Part shown: piece after piece, positions 51,247 through 64,000 of the stretch | Layout of the letters: each line of letters begins with the position of its first letter | Numbering within the stretch: the first letter of the stretch is position 1 | Source: Mobula hypostoma | Lineage: Eukaryota | NCBI RefSeq assembly: GCF_963921235.1 | Contig: NC_086108.1 | Location: 88,538,001-88,602,000 of the forward strand | DNA length: 64,000 nt | Reading direction: 5' to 3' | Program-made: the position numbers and the translations under genes | The notes under the pieces: generated by a model | What the model was told of the DNA's origin: nothing | The model's database searches: none | What the model saw: the letters and a program-made list of their open reading frames with translations, nothing else

Positions 51247-53503
51247 TAGGGGTCGCCAACCCGTTGATCGCGATCGACCGGTCGATCTTTGAGACTTTCC
51301 CAGTAGATCCCGAAGAAAAATCAAAAATAAATACACAAATACTGTTGTAATGTGAGCATTATAAAAGTAATACTAATTAGGATAATGGTAATATAGCAAT
51401 ATTTTCACTAAAAAGCTGTTTGTAAAGAGAGATTGTTTCCGGGTTGAGGGGGTTTAGTTCCGTTCTTTCTGCCCAGTGCGCATGTGTGTAACTCCCCCGC
51501 CAGGCACCGCGTTTTCAGCGTAGCCTGTGCTGCATCTAAGTGACCAATCAGATTAGGTAAGAGTACAGACTGTCGTAAACATCGATATACGGCAGTGGTC
51601 CCCAACCTCCGGGCTGCGAAGCATGCAGGGGTGCAGCGGTAGTCGGGACGCACCCAGCACATCTTTAAGAAAAGAAGCCGAAATAAACCAGCTAATTAAT
51701 TAGGTGCCACCCGGCACGTGAATGTCGGCCCAGATCAGAGGCGATGCAATCGGCAATTGCTCGTGATATTCTGATAGCATAGTGGAGGCTCCACGAAAGA
51801 AGGCGAAAACATACAAATTCCATCCAGAATGGGAAGAGGAATTTCTATTTACCTTGGTGAAAGACAAGTGTGTATGCATGTTGTGCCACCAAACACAAGC
51901 ACGGACTAAAAGAGGGAATCTGGAGCAGCACCGCAACACCAACCACCAGGAATTTAAAGACACCTACCCGCCAAAGAGCGTAATTCGTGCCTGGAAAGTT
52001 GAGCTGAAATCGGGGTTGAAGGCCCAGCAATCGTTTTCCACAAAACATGCTGCTCAAAATAAGGCTGCTATTGAAGCATCATTTCGTGTAAGTCACCTTT
52101 TGGCTGAACACGAGAAGCCTTTTACAGATGGCAATTTATTCAAGGAGGCAATGGTCATTACCGCAGAGACTGTTTTTAATAACTTTAAAAACAGGAACGA
52201 CATCACAACCGCAATACATAATATACTGCTTGGCCCTGCAACAGTGACAAGGAGGGTAGAGTCACTGTCAGAGGATGTGAATATTTTTCACTACAGTTGG
52301 ATGAATCCCTGGATGTAATGCAAACAGCTCAGCTTGTTGTATTTGTCAGAATGGCTTTCCAGGATTTTACAACAAAGGAGAACTTCCTCACTCTTTTGCA
52401 ATTAAAGGAAAGAACGAGAGGTGAGGATATTTACAATGAGATTAAAAAAATGTCTGTGAAAATGACATCCCCATTCATAAACTGGTGGCAATTACTACTG
52501 ATGGGGCCGAGTAATGTGTGGTGTGTGCGTTAGTTTTATAGCACTAAAAGTCAGTGCCTACTTTGGGTCAACTTATCCATGTGAAATTGCATTTTCACAG
52601 ATGAAAATTATTAAATCTAAGTACAGGAGCTGACTTACTGACAGACACCCCACTAGGGCTGCCAACTTTCTCACTCCCAAATAAGGGACAAAAATAGCAG
52701 TCAAATCCCGGGACATTTGTGTTTACCCCAAGAAAGACTACCATGACCATGAAGCTTTGCGTGGGAACCTGTGTGTGCATGTGCATACGTGCCGATTTTT
52801 TTTACCCCATGAATCGGTTTTGGCTTAATTTTCATTATTTCTACTTCATATACGCTGTGTATTTATCATATCATTCCTGCTTTTACTATATGTTAGTGTT
52901 ATTTTAGGTTTTATGTGTTATTTGGTATGATTTGGGAGGTTTTTTTGGGGGTCTGGGAACGCTCAAAATTTTTTTCCATATAAATTGCTTCTTCGGCGTA
53001 AAGCATTTCGGCACGAAAGGTTTCATTGGAACGCTCTACTTTAGCGGGGAGGAATACGTGACAGTTGGCAACCCTACACCTCACAGGCTGTCTCAGACTG
53101 GCTGTCTGTAGTTATGAGCCAAATTTCAGCCAACTAGCAGAAAGTATTAAGCCCCAGTCATCACACTGAGTGCAACAGTCAATATTTATTCATTTATTTT
53201 TCGTGTTGAAATAAAATTAAATAATGAAACTTAGAATTAAAGGTGTGAAGTATTGTAATATTCTTAAAGAAAGACAGCTATGGCCTGTTTGATATGCTAG
53301 TTACAGTGTTTTCTTGTTCGAATTATTTTGAAAGTTTGACAAAAGTATTTTGTGTAATTCAAACACAATTCGCCCAAATAAAAGGCTTCAAATTGGAAGT
53401 ACAATCTGAGCTGTTTTTTCTCTAAACGATTTAGTAGGTAGATCTTGCCTTTCACTGAGGTCGAGGTAGGGGATCTTGGGCTTAAAAAGGTTGGTGACCA
53501 CTA
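51247..53503 (+). mobile_element. hAT (Charlie/GTF2IRD2-like) DNA transposon, internally deleted, in an AGL intron
   Basis: TIRs TAGGGGTCGCCAACC / GGTTGGTGACCACTA; 8-bp TSD GGCTAAAA vs GACTAAAA; transposase N-terminus EWEEEFLF...CVCMLC...H...H and DESLD...QLVVFVR; C-terminal FGSTY..E.AFS remnant. Confidence 0.92.
52654..53076. mobile_element. hAT-type MITE nested inside the hAT element
   Basis: TIRs TAGGGCTGCCAACT / AGTTGGCAACCCTA; 8-bp TSD CACCCCAC vs CACCTCAC. Confidence 0.88.
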
Positions 53504-54411
53504 GACTAAAATGTCTGATTCCATTCTTTACAACTCTATGACTCCAATACTGGAAAGAGAGACTAAAATGAAGTTATCGGATAAAACTTAGGGACATGTA
53601 CTTGCCTCCTTTGAAATCCAAGTCATTAAATTTGGATACAGTAGAAAACATACCAAAGTATAAATGGTGAAACAGAAATATTGTCCATTGTTAACACCAC
53701 GAATAGCTACAGACTAATAGAAAGCTGGGCTTTATATGCAGCTTCTGCAGATGCTGGAAATCAAGAGAATACACACAAAACACTGGACGAACTCAACAGG
53801 TCAGGCAGTATCTATGAAGAGGAATAAAGAGATAACATTTTGGGCCGAGACCCTTCATCTGTGTGTTTTTGTATGTGTTTTATTTTATATCTAGAATGCA
53901 AGGTATACAAAGCTGTAGTTAGATCATAGGCACGGATGGCTAACAGTATGAAAAGATATTCCAGAGTAGACTCACTATAATAGTATCCAGAATCCTATGA
54001 GGTAATTTATGAAGGGCAATAACACAAACTCGGATTGTACCGAACATAGAACAGTACAGCACAGTACAGGCCCTCTGGCTCAGGCTAATTGTCTAACAGA
54101 TAGGATGATTTCAACGTTTTCAAGATGCAATGAAAAATTAATATGGCACCAATTTGAGAAAGTAGAAATGAGAGCTATGCTTCCACCTGCCAATGGCACT
54201 GCAATTTCAAATTCTGCCATATACAGCAGTTGAATTCTGGTCAATTTATATCACACATTAATATATGTGCATACAGGATGGGTTCAGCTACCAATTGAAA
54301 TAGTGCTGAAATAAGTCTACGTGATTTACAAAGCCTACGTCTATTCCAAAAGTCAGCCACCAAAGGGAGGAAAGGGACAAGGTGTGGGTGGCAGGATGGT
54401 ATGTTGCCTCC

Positions 54412-56334
54412 CCAGACATCCCACCTCTCCCGGAAGTTCCGGGAGTCTCCCGCATATTGATGGCAGCTCCCTGACACCTGCAAATTATATACAATATCCC
54501 AGAAATTGAATTTTTTTTTTTTGAGAGGGAGAGCGAGAGGGGGAGCACAAAGAGATACCAATCAGTTTTCTCTGTGGGCGGGCTTTATAGTTGAGCTCTG
54601 TCTCTCCATCAGTTCAGTTTCGTGTCCTGCACGGCCATGGCAGAGTGTTTCAAAAAAATATGTAAAATGTATTTCACCCCAGACAGGTCAAAAGTAATGA
54701 CAGTGTTGCTCGCTGCACTGTTTGCAACAGACTTTTCTATTGCCCAGATGACTGTAAAAGACAGGTTGAGGTGAGTTTAACAGGTGTCATTCATTCATTA
54801 GCATAGCCAACGTTATTTAAACTAGCTGGCTAGCTGCTAAGGAGCTACGCTATTGATGTCCTACGTGATGAGGCCAAACTCCCTGTAGACTTGCTTAACA
54901 TTGTAATAGAATAAAAAAAAACGACTCCATGATAAAGATAGCGGAGTGAAGGGATATGGGGAGAAGGCAGGAATGGGGTACTGATTATGGATGATCAGCC
55001 ATGATCACAGTGAATGGTGGTGCTGGCTCGAAGGACTGAATGGCCTACTCCTGCACCTATTGTCTATTGATAATAATAAGTACAGAAATAGCAAAAAACT
55101 ATGCCTGCTCATCAACCAAGACAGCAGCAATTGTGAACGTGGCACTGGAACCTGAGTGTTCAGAGGATCTGTACATTCATCCAGACCGATAAAAGGCCAT
55201 ACAGTATTTTGGTTGACAAAAGCAACGATATCATGTGTGAAAAGGAATGTGCCATTTTAGCCAGGTACTAGAATGAAACACAGGATTAGGTAACAGTTGG
55301 ATTTGTAGACATGCCAGTGTGCAATGAGGCCAAAGCTGAAAACATGTTCAACTGCATTGCATTATCCATGCATGACAAGGGCTTTGAATGGTCTAATTTT
55401 GTAGGGTTTAGCAGTGACAACTGCAATGTGATGATTGGCAAAAACAACTCTGTCTTATCAAGAGTGAAAGCACAGGCCCATCATATTTACAGCGTTGACT
55501 GTCCAAGTCACCTGGTCAACATTTGTGCCAAAACTGCTGTTAAGGAGCTCTCAATGTCACCTAAAGAACTGTTCACTGACATCTACTACCACTTTGAGAA
55601 AAGTTCCAAGATAAGACCTAAAACAGTTTCAAGAGTTCTGCAATGTTGCCCAGCAGGGAGTACAAAAGCATTGTTCTACGTGCTGGCTTTCTTTAAGAAA
55701 AGGTTTGGACCATCTGCTCCACCAATGGCCAGCCTTTATTTCATATTTTGAGTCAAAGAGTGAGAATCAGAAGTTATCTCATATTCAGAAGAGGCTGAAA
55801 GACCCCCAAATGAAAACATACACATGCTTTCTCCATAATGTCACACAATGTTTTGATAAATTCAATTTGATTTTTCAGAACAAGACACCTATCCTCTTCA
55901 AGTTGGATCAGAGTGTTGAAGAGCTCCTGCATGACATAGCCAGCAGATTTACTGAGCTAAAGGTATTGAGAGAACAAAACATTCAGGAGATAGACGTGAG
56001 CAACCCTGAAATTCACCGCCCAGATGAAGAGCTTTTTACTGGGTACCTGGCAAGGAGGCAGTTGCTAAGTGAGGAAGCACAACGGATCCCCCCTTACAAG
56101 ACAAAGCAGTTCTTCAAAGATGCCAGAGCATTCTATGTCAGGTGCTTTCAAAAAATCTTGGAGAAGTTCCCAATGAGAGACCAAATCTTGAAAAATCTGT
56201 CAGTGGTCAATACAGAGAGCCAAGATGAGGTGAATCCAGACCACATTTTGACTTTGGCAGAGAGATTTCCAAATGTGATCAAGGCAGATGCAAGAGAACA
56301 GCTCCACTTGGAAGTCCTGGATTATGTTAACTTT
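54412..56334 (+). mobile_element. Second hAT-superfamily transposase relic, 3' end lost at a CR1 insertion
   Basis: YSILVDKSND, GFSSDNCNVMIGKNNSV and CPSHLVN (CxxH) transposase motifs in ORFs 55311 and 55705; terminal-like CAGACATCCCACC with CCCGG subterminal repeats near 54412. Confidence 0.8.
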
Positions 56335-56765
56335 TGAGGAGCAATTGATGGCTCTGGGTCTGTACTCGCTGGAATTTGGAAGAATGAAGGGGAATCTTAT
56401 TGAAACATATCGAATATTGAAAGGCCTATATGAAGTGGATGTAGAGAGGATGTTTCCTATAGTGAGTGAATCTAGGACCAGAGGACACAGCCTCAGAATA
56501 GAGGGATGTCCATTTCGAACAGAGATTTAGGAGGGATTTCTTTAGCCACAGTGTACTGAATCTGCATTATTTCATTGCCATGGATGCATGTGGAGGCCAA
56601 GACACTGATTATGTTTACATTGGAGACTGATAAGTTTTTGATTAGTCAGAGGATCAAAGCTTATGGGAAGAGGCAGTAGAATGGGCTTGAGAAGAATAAT
56701 AAATCAGCCATGCTGGAGTAAATCTGATGGGCTGAATGGCCTATTTCTGCTCCTATGTCTTATGG
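56335..56765 (+). mobile_element. CR1 3' fragment
   Basis: EEQLMALGLYSLEFGRMKGNLIETY and 3' UTR. Confidence 0.85.
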
Positions 56766-57465
56766 ACACTGGTGGAAAAAGTTTTTGGGCGGATAGAATA
56801 CTAGAATTTTTCATGGTGTCACTTGAAGGAACACTGTAGAGGTATTGAACAACAATTATTTCTGGGTTGCATACAGAAAGCTAAAATTGATCAATATAGG
56901 CCTGCAGTGTACATTGGTTCAAGATTTCCATGGAGTTTAAAAAAAAAAAGCTGCTGGATCAACTCAGTTGTCAGGCATTGTCTGTGCAGAGAAATGAACA
57001 GTGAATGTTTTGGTTCGAGGCCTTTCCTCTGTACTAAGATTGGAGGGGAGATAGTCAGTACAAAGAGGTGAAGGGGAAGGTGGATGAAGAGCTTGAAAGT
57101 GAGAGGTGGATCCAGGCGAGTAACGATAAACAGACAGAAGGACAAATGAAAATCAGGACAGAGATTGGGAGGACAAAGGTGGAGAAAACAAGGGACTGCA
57201 GATGATGGAATCTGAGAGGACAGGAAAGCAGAACATGGAACCAAACAAGAGGTGGGGTGGGCAGATAGAGTGGGTGGAGGGGAGGAAGGACAGTGTATTA
57301 CCATTGTGGACTCTAAGATTTCTATCCTTCTCTATTCCAACTCAATATTTACTCTCTTATTTACTGAGTATTTCTTGTCACTCATGCACCTCATCCTTTT
57401 GTAAATGTCATTTACAATGTTCTGTCCAATTTACCAGATAATTGTCAGAAAATTAGTGTTCTCAC

Positions 57466-57578
57466 CGTTCAGCTGAGCCTTGACTCCATTGTAAGGAAAC
57501 AAAGAATTTTTGGAAAGGGTCATCAGCCAGCGAACAGTTGATTTGCAAAGGCCAACAATTTCAACAGCAGATCCATCT
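57466..57578 (-). CDS. AGL: AGL exon (113 nt) [37 protein letters not shown](G)
   Basis: TTTTCAG acceptor and GTGAG donor; [11 protein letters not shown] motif. Confidence 0.97.
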
Positions 57579-58879
57579 CTGAAAAATAAATACATTTGAA
57601 AAGGTTACTTTAAGAAACCGGATTCTTCTCACCAGAGCAGGGATTCCCAACCTAGGGTCCACAGACCCCTTACTTCATGGTATTGAGAATCTCCACTCGA
57701 GAGAAAATAAAACATAGGAAACTATTCACCAGATTGCTATTATATAAAGGTTTTGATAGAAATATGCATCTCAAACAGTGCACAGGAAAACAAACTCCAA
57801 GTCAAAAGAATCCCAAAGATTAGGAGACAGAATAAAACATTTAATCAGAGAGGTAATTCCAGGGGGGGGGGGTTAAAGAGCAGTGGGTGATAGAATGACA
57901 ATGTTTTATTGAGGAAATTACAGGATGAGGCTTATGTGGATGAATGAATGTACAGCTGTCAATGACAGGATAACACGAATGGATGGAGAAACACACAAGA
58001 GCCTCCTGTCAATGGAACACTGTTCATGAAAAAGAGATAAATAAATAATCAGTAAAACCACTCCTTGTATTTTGCTGGCTTTGACTGAATGGGCAAAATG
58101 AATTGGGCAAGCGAAGCATCCTCAACAGGACAAGCATGAAGTAATTGAAGAAGCTGGTGCAATCCACTGTGTTAGAGACTGCCGATAGCTTGAGGAGGGC
58201 GAGGAGCTACAGCATACCGAGCTCACAGCTAAGTGGGCACAATTTCAAGTTCCAAGCAAACTTATTGTTAATATATATGATAAAATACACCATTGTGAGA
58301 TTCACTTTCTTTCATGCAGTCACAGTAGAACAAAGAAATACAATAGAATCAATGAAAAACTACACACCAAGACTGAGAACTAACCAATGTACTAAAGACA
58401 AACTGTGCAAATACAAAAAACAACTAATAATTGGTGACTTTGATAAGCAGCTTTTCAGTCTTGTGGCAAGGGTGGAAGTCCAAATGTAGGAGTGTAAGCT
58501 TTGAGGAGTAGGGAAGATGTCCAAACATTTGGGATGCAATAACACATATTGCCAATGAAAGGATGGTTAGAGAAGGAGCAGTTTACAGGGACAAAGAGGA
58601 CAAGCTTCGGAAAAGCAAGGTATTACAGAAAATAGAGAAAAATACAGTACATTCATTGTCAATGCCATGGACGATTTTGGAGCCCAACTCACTGAGTATA
58701 CTTAAAGTGGAGATTGATAGAGTTTTAATTAGTCAGGGCATCAAATGTTATGGGGAAAAAGACTCAAGCATGGGGTTGAGAGGGACAATAAATCAACCAT
58801 AATGCAATGGTGGAACAGTCAATGGGCTGAATGGCTTAATTCTGCTCCCATGTCTATGGTCTTTTTAGAGAGAATGATA

Positions 58880-59610
58880 CTTTCTTTATCAATCTTTTTA
58901 TTAATTTAAAAAAGTACATATATACAAATAAGAGGATTATCTCAGATATCTGTAGCGATAACAATACATATAAAAGGTAAAATAAACATTATCAAGATCA
59001 TATAGTATTAATCTAATAGTATATAATAAAAAATAAGTTAATCAATTCTCCTCTTATCATTTATAATAAGAAAAAATAAAGAAACTTTTATAATTTTTAT
59101 ATATATAACCCCCACCCCAACATTTCTCTATAAACAAAAACAAAAAAAATTTAAAAAAAGAAAAAGGGGACTGGGCAGCCCATATTGAGAGTAGAAGCAA
59201 GAAAAAAGAAAAACTTTCTGATCAAATCCAAAGTTTCGAGAAAGTAACTGGAAGAGCAATTAATCAAACCACATGAAAATAATGAATAAAAGGTCGCCAG
59301 GTTTCTTCAAATTTAAAGGATGTATCAAATGTCTGACTTCTAATTTTCTTTAAACTTAGACAGGACATAATGGAGGAAAGCCAATTAAAAAAAAAACAGT
59401 AGGTGGATTAGAGTCCTTCCATTTAAGCAAAATGGCTCTCCTAGCCAATAAAGTTATAAAAGCTATCATCCGTTGAGCAGAAACAGGAACATATCCTGCT
59501 CCCGGTGGAATGATCCCAAAAATTGCTGTAAATAAATTCCATTGTAGGTCCAAATTCAAAACTTTTGATAAAGTTGCAAAGACATCTTTCCAAAAATGAG
59601 AATCATACTG
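58880..59610 (-). mobile_element. L1/Tx1-type LINE 3' fragment
   Basis: FWKDVFATLS...AIFG...LLARRAILLKWK..NPPT (L1 ORF2 C-terminus) and T-rich 3' UTR. Confidence 0.8.
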
Positions 59611-60060
59611 TACAGAGACAGGTTCTTCAGCCAAGCAAGTCCATGTCAACCACCAGACCACCACACATTAATCCCATTTATATTTGTCTCCCAGATTCCA
59701 CCACTGAGCATCCTGCAGTCCTTTAGGATGTGGAAGGAAATACAGCAGCATGAGGAAATCTGCTCAGTCACAGCAAGAACATGCAACCTCCACACAGGCA
59801 GCACGCGAGCAAGGTGATTTTATTATCACTAGTTTACACACACACACAGTATATATAATTAAATTAAATAGGTAGTGCAAAAAGAGAGGGGAAAATAGTG
59901 AGGTAGTGTGCATGGGTTCATTGTCCATTCACAAATCTGACGGTGGAGAGGAAGAAGCTGTTCCCAAAATACTCAGTGTGCACCTTTGCACACCTGTACC
60001 TCTTCCCTGATGCTAGTAATGAAATGAGGGCATGACCTGGGTGATGAGGGTCCTTAATGA

Positions 60061-60493
60061 GGGTAGCAGGCACCAACAGAATCAACAACCTCATTCGTAA
60101 GGCCAGTGATGTTGTGGGGATGGAACTGGACTCTCTGACGGTGGTGTCTGAAAAGAGGATGCTGTCTAAGTTGCATGCCATCTTGAACAATGTCTCCCAT
60201 CCACTACATAATGTACTGGGTGGGCACAGGAGTACATTCAGCCAGAGACTCATTCCACCGAGATGCAGCACAGAGCGTCATAGGAAGTCATTCCTGCCTG
60301 TGGCCATCAAACTTTACAACTCCTCCCTTGGCGGGTCAGACATCCTGAACCAATAGGCTGGTCCTGGATTTATTTCCTGGCATAATTTACATAATACTAT
60401 TTAACTATTTATGGTTTTATTACTATTTATTATTTCTGGTGTAACTGTAACGAAAACCAATTTCCCCTGGGATCGATAAAGTATGACTATGAC
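60061..60493 (+). mobile_element. Young Rex1 3' fragment nested in an older minus-strand Rex1 (about 59815-60850)
   Basis: SHPLHNVL...RLIPPRCSTERHRKSFLPVAIKLYN; (TATGAC)n tail; TSD TAATGA (60055-60060 and 60494-60499). Confidence 0.88.
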
Positions 60494-61289
60494 TAATGAC
60501 GGATGTCCTTTTTTTCAGGCACACACTTTTGGAGTTGTCCATGCTGGAAAGGACAATGCCCATGATAGAACTGGCTGAGTTTCAATTTTCTGCAGCTTTT
60601 ACAGCCCTATGCAGTGGCCCTTCCATACCAGACAGTGATGGGACCAGTAACTGCACCAATATGTTGGGCCCAGGATGGATCTTCAGAGATGTTGACACCA
60701 AAGAACTTGAAGCTGCTCACCCTTTTCACTGCTAATCCCTTGATGAGGACTGACGTGTGTTCCTTCAACTTGCCCTTCCTGAAGTCCACAATGAATTACT
60801 GACACTGAGTGCAAGGTTGTTGTTGTGACACCATTCAATCAGCTGATTTATTCCCCTCCTGTACACCTCTCCACATCCAGCAAAATACAGCTGCAGCACC
60901 ATCTGTTGTGCCACCATCGGACCCAATAATAATCTGTCCATAACAACTCACACTTAGAGCCAAGTGCTTTTCTAATGTGTTTACCAATTATGATGGCTCT
61001 GCTCGAAAATAAATGTAACTAACTGACGACTATGGGAACTTAACCTTCATGCAAGTCAAAGAACTTTCTCCCACAGTGCATTTTTATTATTCATAGTACC
61101 TACCACTGTTACGTTTGTCTGAACTTTTAGCAAAACTTTCAGTATTAAAATTCAAGTTACGACATCACAAAAAAATTATTTTCATTAAAGCTCAAGATAT
61201 TCATGGGTTCATTAAATGGTTATTAAAAACAAATTTTAGAACAGTTTTGAAAATGTTCTTGAAATACAATATTTTAAATCTCATTTTAC

Positions 61290-61425
61290 CTTGGGGTGGC
61301 TGGAATTCCTCTGTTTTGAGCTCTGTCACTTTCTCCCATGTTATCCATCCAGGTACCACAGTTGAACCGATGTCCACCAAACACAAAACCTGTCTCTAGG
61401 TTGACCCCTATAGAAACATTGAAAC
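61290..61425 (-). CDS. AGL: AGL exon (136 nt) containing the glucosidase catalytic Asp: [44 protein letters not shown](R)
   Basis: TTCTAG acceptor and GTAAAA donor; NCGTWMD motif; phases compatible with both neighbours. Confidence 0.97.
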
Positions 61426-61540
61426 CTAGAAGGAAAATAAACTCAATGTTTAAAATGTCTCAAAATTCATTATAATTTAAAAATGACTTGGTGCCTTATT
61501 TTTAAGCAGTGTATAGGTACCAAAATTGTTGCATAATTAC

Positions 61541-61652
61541 CTTCATCTTTCATGCGTGTGTCCATATGAGGTCCAGCATTTCTTTCTCTGTACTCTACGC
61601 CTTCCATATGGCGCTGCATGGCTTCCTGCATGACATCGTGTAGTGGCTGCTC
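61541..61652 (-). CDS. AGL: AGL exon (112 nt) [37 protein letters not shown](G)
   Basis: AG/GT boundaries; homologous to human [31 protein letters not shown]; size matches human exon. Confidence 0.96.
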
Positions 61653-61907
61653 CTAATACAGAACATTTCAACACAAACGCAATTTAACAAAAATTGCTAC
61701 GCCAATACCGAAATTGGACCAAGAGGGGAAATATATCTTCCAACATCAGGTGTCTACTGCAATGTGCTAGTTAATCCACTCCCAACTTTTTGGGTGCTTG
61801 GCCTCCTTAGCATGTCTTACACCCACTTCTGCAGCAGACCTCATGGGTCAAATCAATGTTGCAGGGCCAATTGCTTCACCATATCTGGTTACACTCACTA
61901 AGGGCAG

Positions 61908-62320
61908 TCATTCGTAAGGCCAGTGATGTTGTGGGGATGGAACTGGACTCTCTGATGGTGGTGTCTGAAAAGAGGATGCTGTCTAAGTTGCATGCCATCT
62001 TGGTCAATGTCTCCCATCCACTATATAATGTACTGGGTGGGCACAGGAGTACATTCAGCCAGAGACTCATTCCACCGAGATGCAGCACAGAGCATCACAG
62101 GAAGTCATTCCTGCCTGTGGCCATCAAACTTTACAACTCCTCCCTTGGAAGGTCAGACACCCTGAGCCAATAGGTTGGTCCTGGACTTATTTCATAATTT
62201 ACTGGCATAATTTACATATTACTATTTAACCATTTATGGTTCTATTACTATTTATTATTTATGGAGCAACTGTAACGAAAACCAATTTCCCCCGGGATCA
62301 ATAAAGTATGCCTATGACTA
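61908..62320 (+). mobile_element. Rex1 3' fragment near-identical to 60091-60493
   Basis: Same coding remnant and tail. Confidence 0.88.
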
Positions 62321-62339
62321 AACTTCCTTTGCTCTCAAG

Positions 62340-64000
62340 GTTCTAAGTTCAAAAGTAAATTTTACCATCAGAGTACACATATGTCACCACATACAACCCT
62401 GAGATTCATTTTCCTGTGGGCATACTCAGCAAATCTACAGAATAGTACCATAACAGGATCATTGAGTAGAGTGCAGAAACCAACAAACTCTGAAAATGCA
62501 AATATAAATAAACAGCAATAAATAGCGAGAACATGAAATAACAAGATAGAAAGTACTTAAAGTGAGATCATTGGTTGCGGGAATATCTCAATAGATGGGC
62601 AAGTGTGTGTAGTTATCCCCTTTAGTTCAGGAGCCCAATGGTTGAGGAGTAGTAACTATAGGTCAAATCTGGTGGTGTGAGTCCTGAGGTTCTAGTACTT
62701 CTACTAATATCAGCAGTGAGAAAAGAGCATGGCCTGGCTTGTGAGGATCTCTGATGATGGTCAAACAGGGTTAACTAAATATCCCCTCTGGACTTTCCAC
62801 TAGACTATAACAATGCACTAAAGTGCACCAAGGGAGAATATATCAGAAAGAAAACATTGCTAAGACACACAAAATGCTGGAGGAACTCAGCAGGCCAGGC
62901 AGCATCTATGGAGAAGATTTCAGGCTGACCTTTTGTCAGATTTGCCGATGAAGGGCATTGACCTGAAACATCGACTGTTTATTCTTTTCAAAAGATGCTG
63001 CCTAGCCTGTTGCATTCCTCCAGCATTTTGTGTGTGCTGCTTGGAGTTCCAGCATCTTCTGATTTTCTTGTGTTTGTGATTAGTTAAGACAAATCATTTC
63101 ACAAACACGATTTAATGGCAAGATTTATAACGTTCTAATAAAAAATATTGTCACTTTATTTTTCATGATTTTTTACAAGTTACTGCAATTAACAAATATT
63201 AAATGTTAATTTTCAACAAGTTTGCTTATTAGCAACATAGTTACATCACTTTGGGAGCTGTTCATTGACTACAGCTCAGCATTTAATACCATCATTCCCA
63301 CAATCCCGATTGAGAAGTTGCAGAACCTGGGCCTCTGTACCTCGTTCTGTAATTAGATCCTTGACTTCCTAACCGGAAGACCACAGTCTGTACAATAGCC
63401 CAGTTGCAGCATAAGTAGAGTTCTACAAAGCTGCAGCCCAACTATCCAATTTTAACTCAACTCTTTGATAATCAAAGGCAAACATGTCACTCTATCAATC
63501 TGTGTAGCTATGAACTTGGACCCCAAGACTCCCTGCTCATCAGCATTGTTAAGGGCTTTGTAGTGCACTGTCTCTTTACACTTGATTTCCCAATGCCTCA
63601 CATTTGGCTGGGTTAAACTCCATCTGCCAGTTCTCTGCCCATATCTGCAACTGACCTATCTCTCATTGTATCTTTTGCCAATCTTCAACGCTATCCACAA
63701 TACCACCAATCTTTGTATCATCTGCAAACTTAACACACATCTATGATTTCAGCCAGGTCACCAACAGCAGAGGTCCCAGTACAGATCCTCTGTAGAACAA
63801 CACTAATCACAGACCTACAGCCGGAATAAATCCCATCTACAACTATCTTCTGTTTTCCATGGGAAAGACAATTCTGAATCTAAATGGCCAATTCACCATG
63901 GCTGTCATGCATCTTAATTTTCTGGATTAGCCTTCCATAAGGGACCTTGTCTAGCTCCTTATTAAGATTCACATTGACAGCATCCACAGCCCTATGTTTA
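62340..64000. mobile_element. Mixed Rex1, Penelope-tail (62865-63075) and CR1 fragments
   Basis: Similarity to other copies in this window. Confidence 0.7.

Noticed and set aside
51782..52533. Domesticated GTF2IRD2/EPM2AIP1-like host gene
   Set aside because: Frameshifts, a large internal deletion, and intact TIRs with TSD show a dead transposon.
61653..64000. Next upstream AGL exon
   Set aside because: No LRHGLIPNLL-type coding sequence seen; it must lie beyond the window.

Overview
Repeat-dense vertebrate genomic DNA. The mix of CR1, Penelope, Rex1, RTE and V-SINE-type repeats suggests a cartilaginous fish, probably a ray (inference only). Two host genes lie on the minus strand. The first is the last eight coding exons of AGL (glycogen debranching enzyme, 61652 down to the stop at 45912), whose exon sizes 112/136/113/212/98/88/134/118 nt match human AGL as I recall it. 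The second, about 36 kb downstream, is the 5' end of an FRRS1-like reeler-domain gene: a CpG-rich promoter near 9.1-10.1 kb and coding exons at 2865-2667 and 132-<1. Nearly all other listed ORFs are fragments of decayed transposons. Highlights: (1) a Penelope (RT + GIY-YIG) element and many dispersed derivatives carry a minimal type I hammerhead ribozyme, one copy sense-oriented in an AGL intron; (2) a Gmr1-like Gypsy element has integrase upstream of RT and a 1.2-kb copy of its own 3' end plus host flank inserted into the integrase; (3) a Lys-to-Asn change sits next to the AGL glucosidase catalytic Asp; (4) AGL is oriented differently relative to FRRS1 than in human; (5) three solo LTRs and nested hAT elements retain target-site duplications (TSDs).
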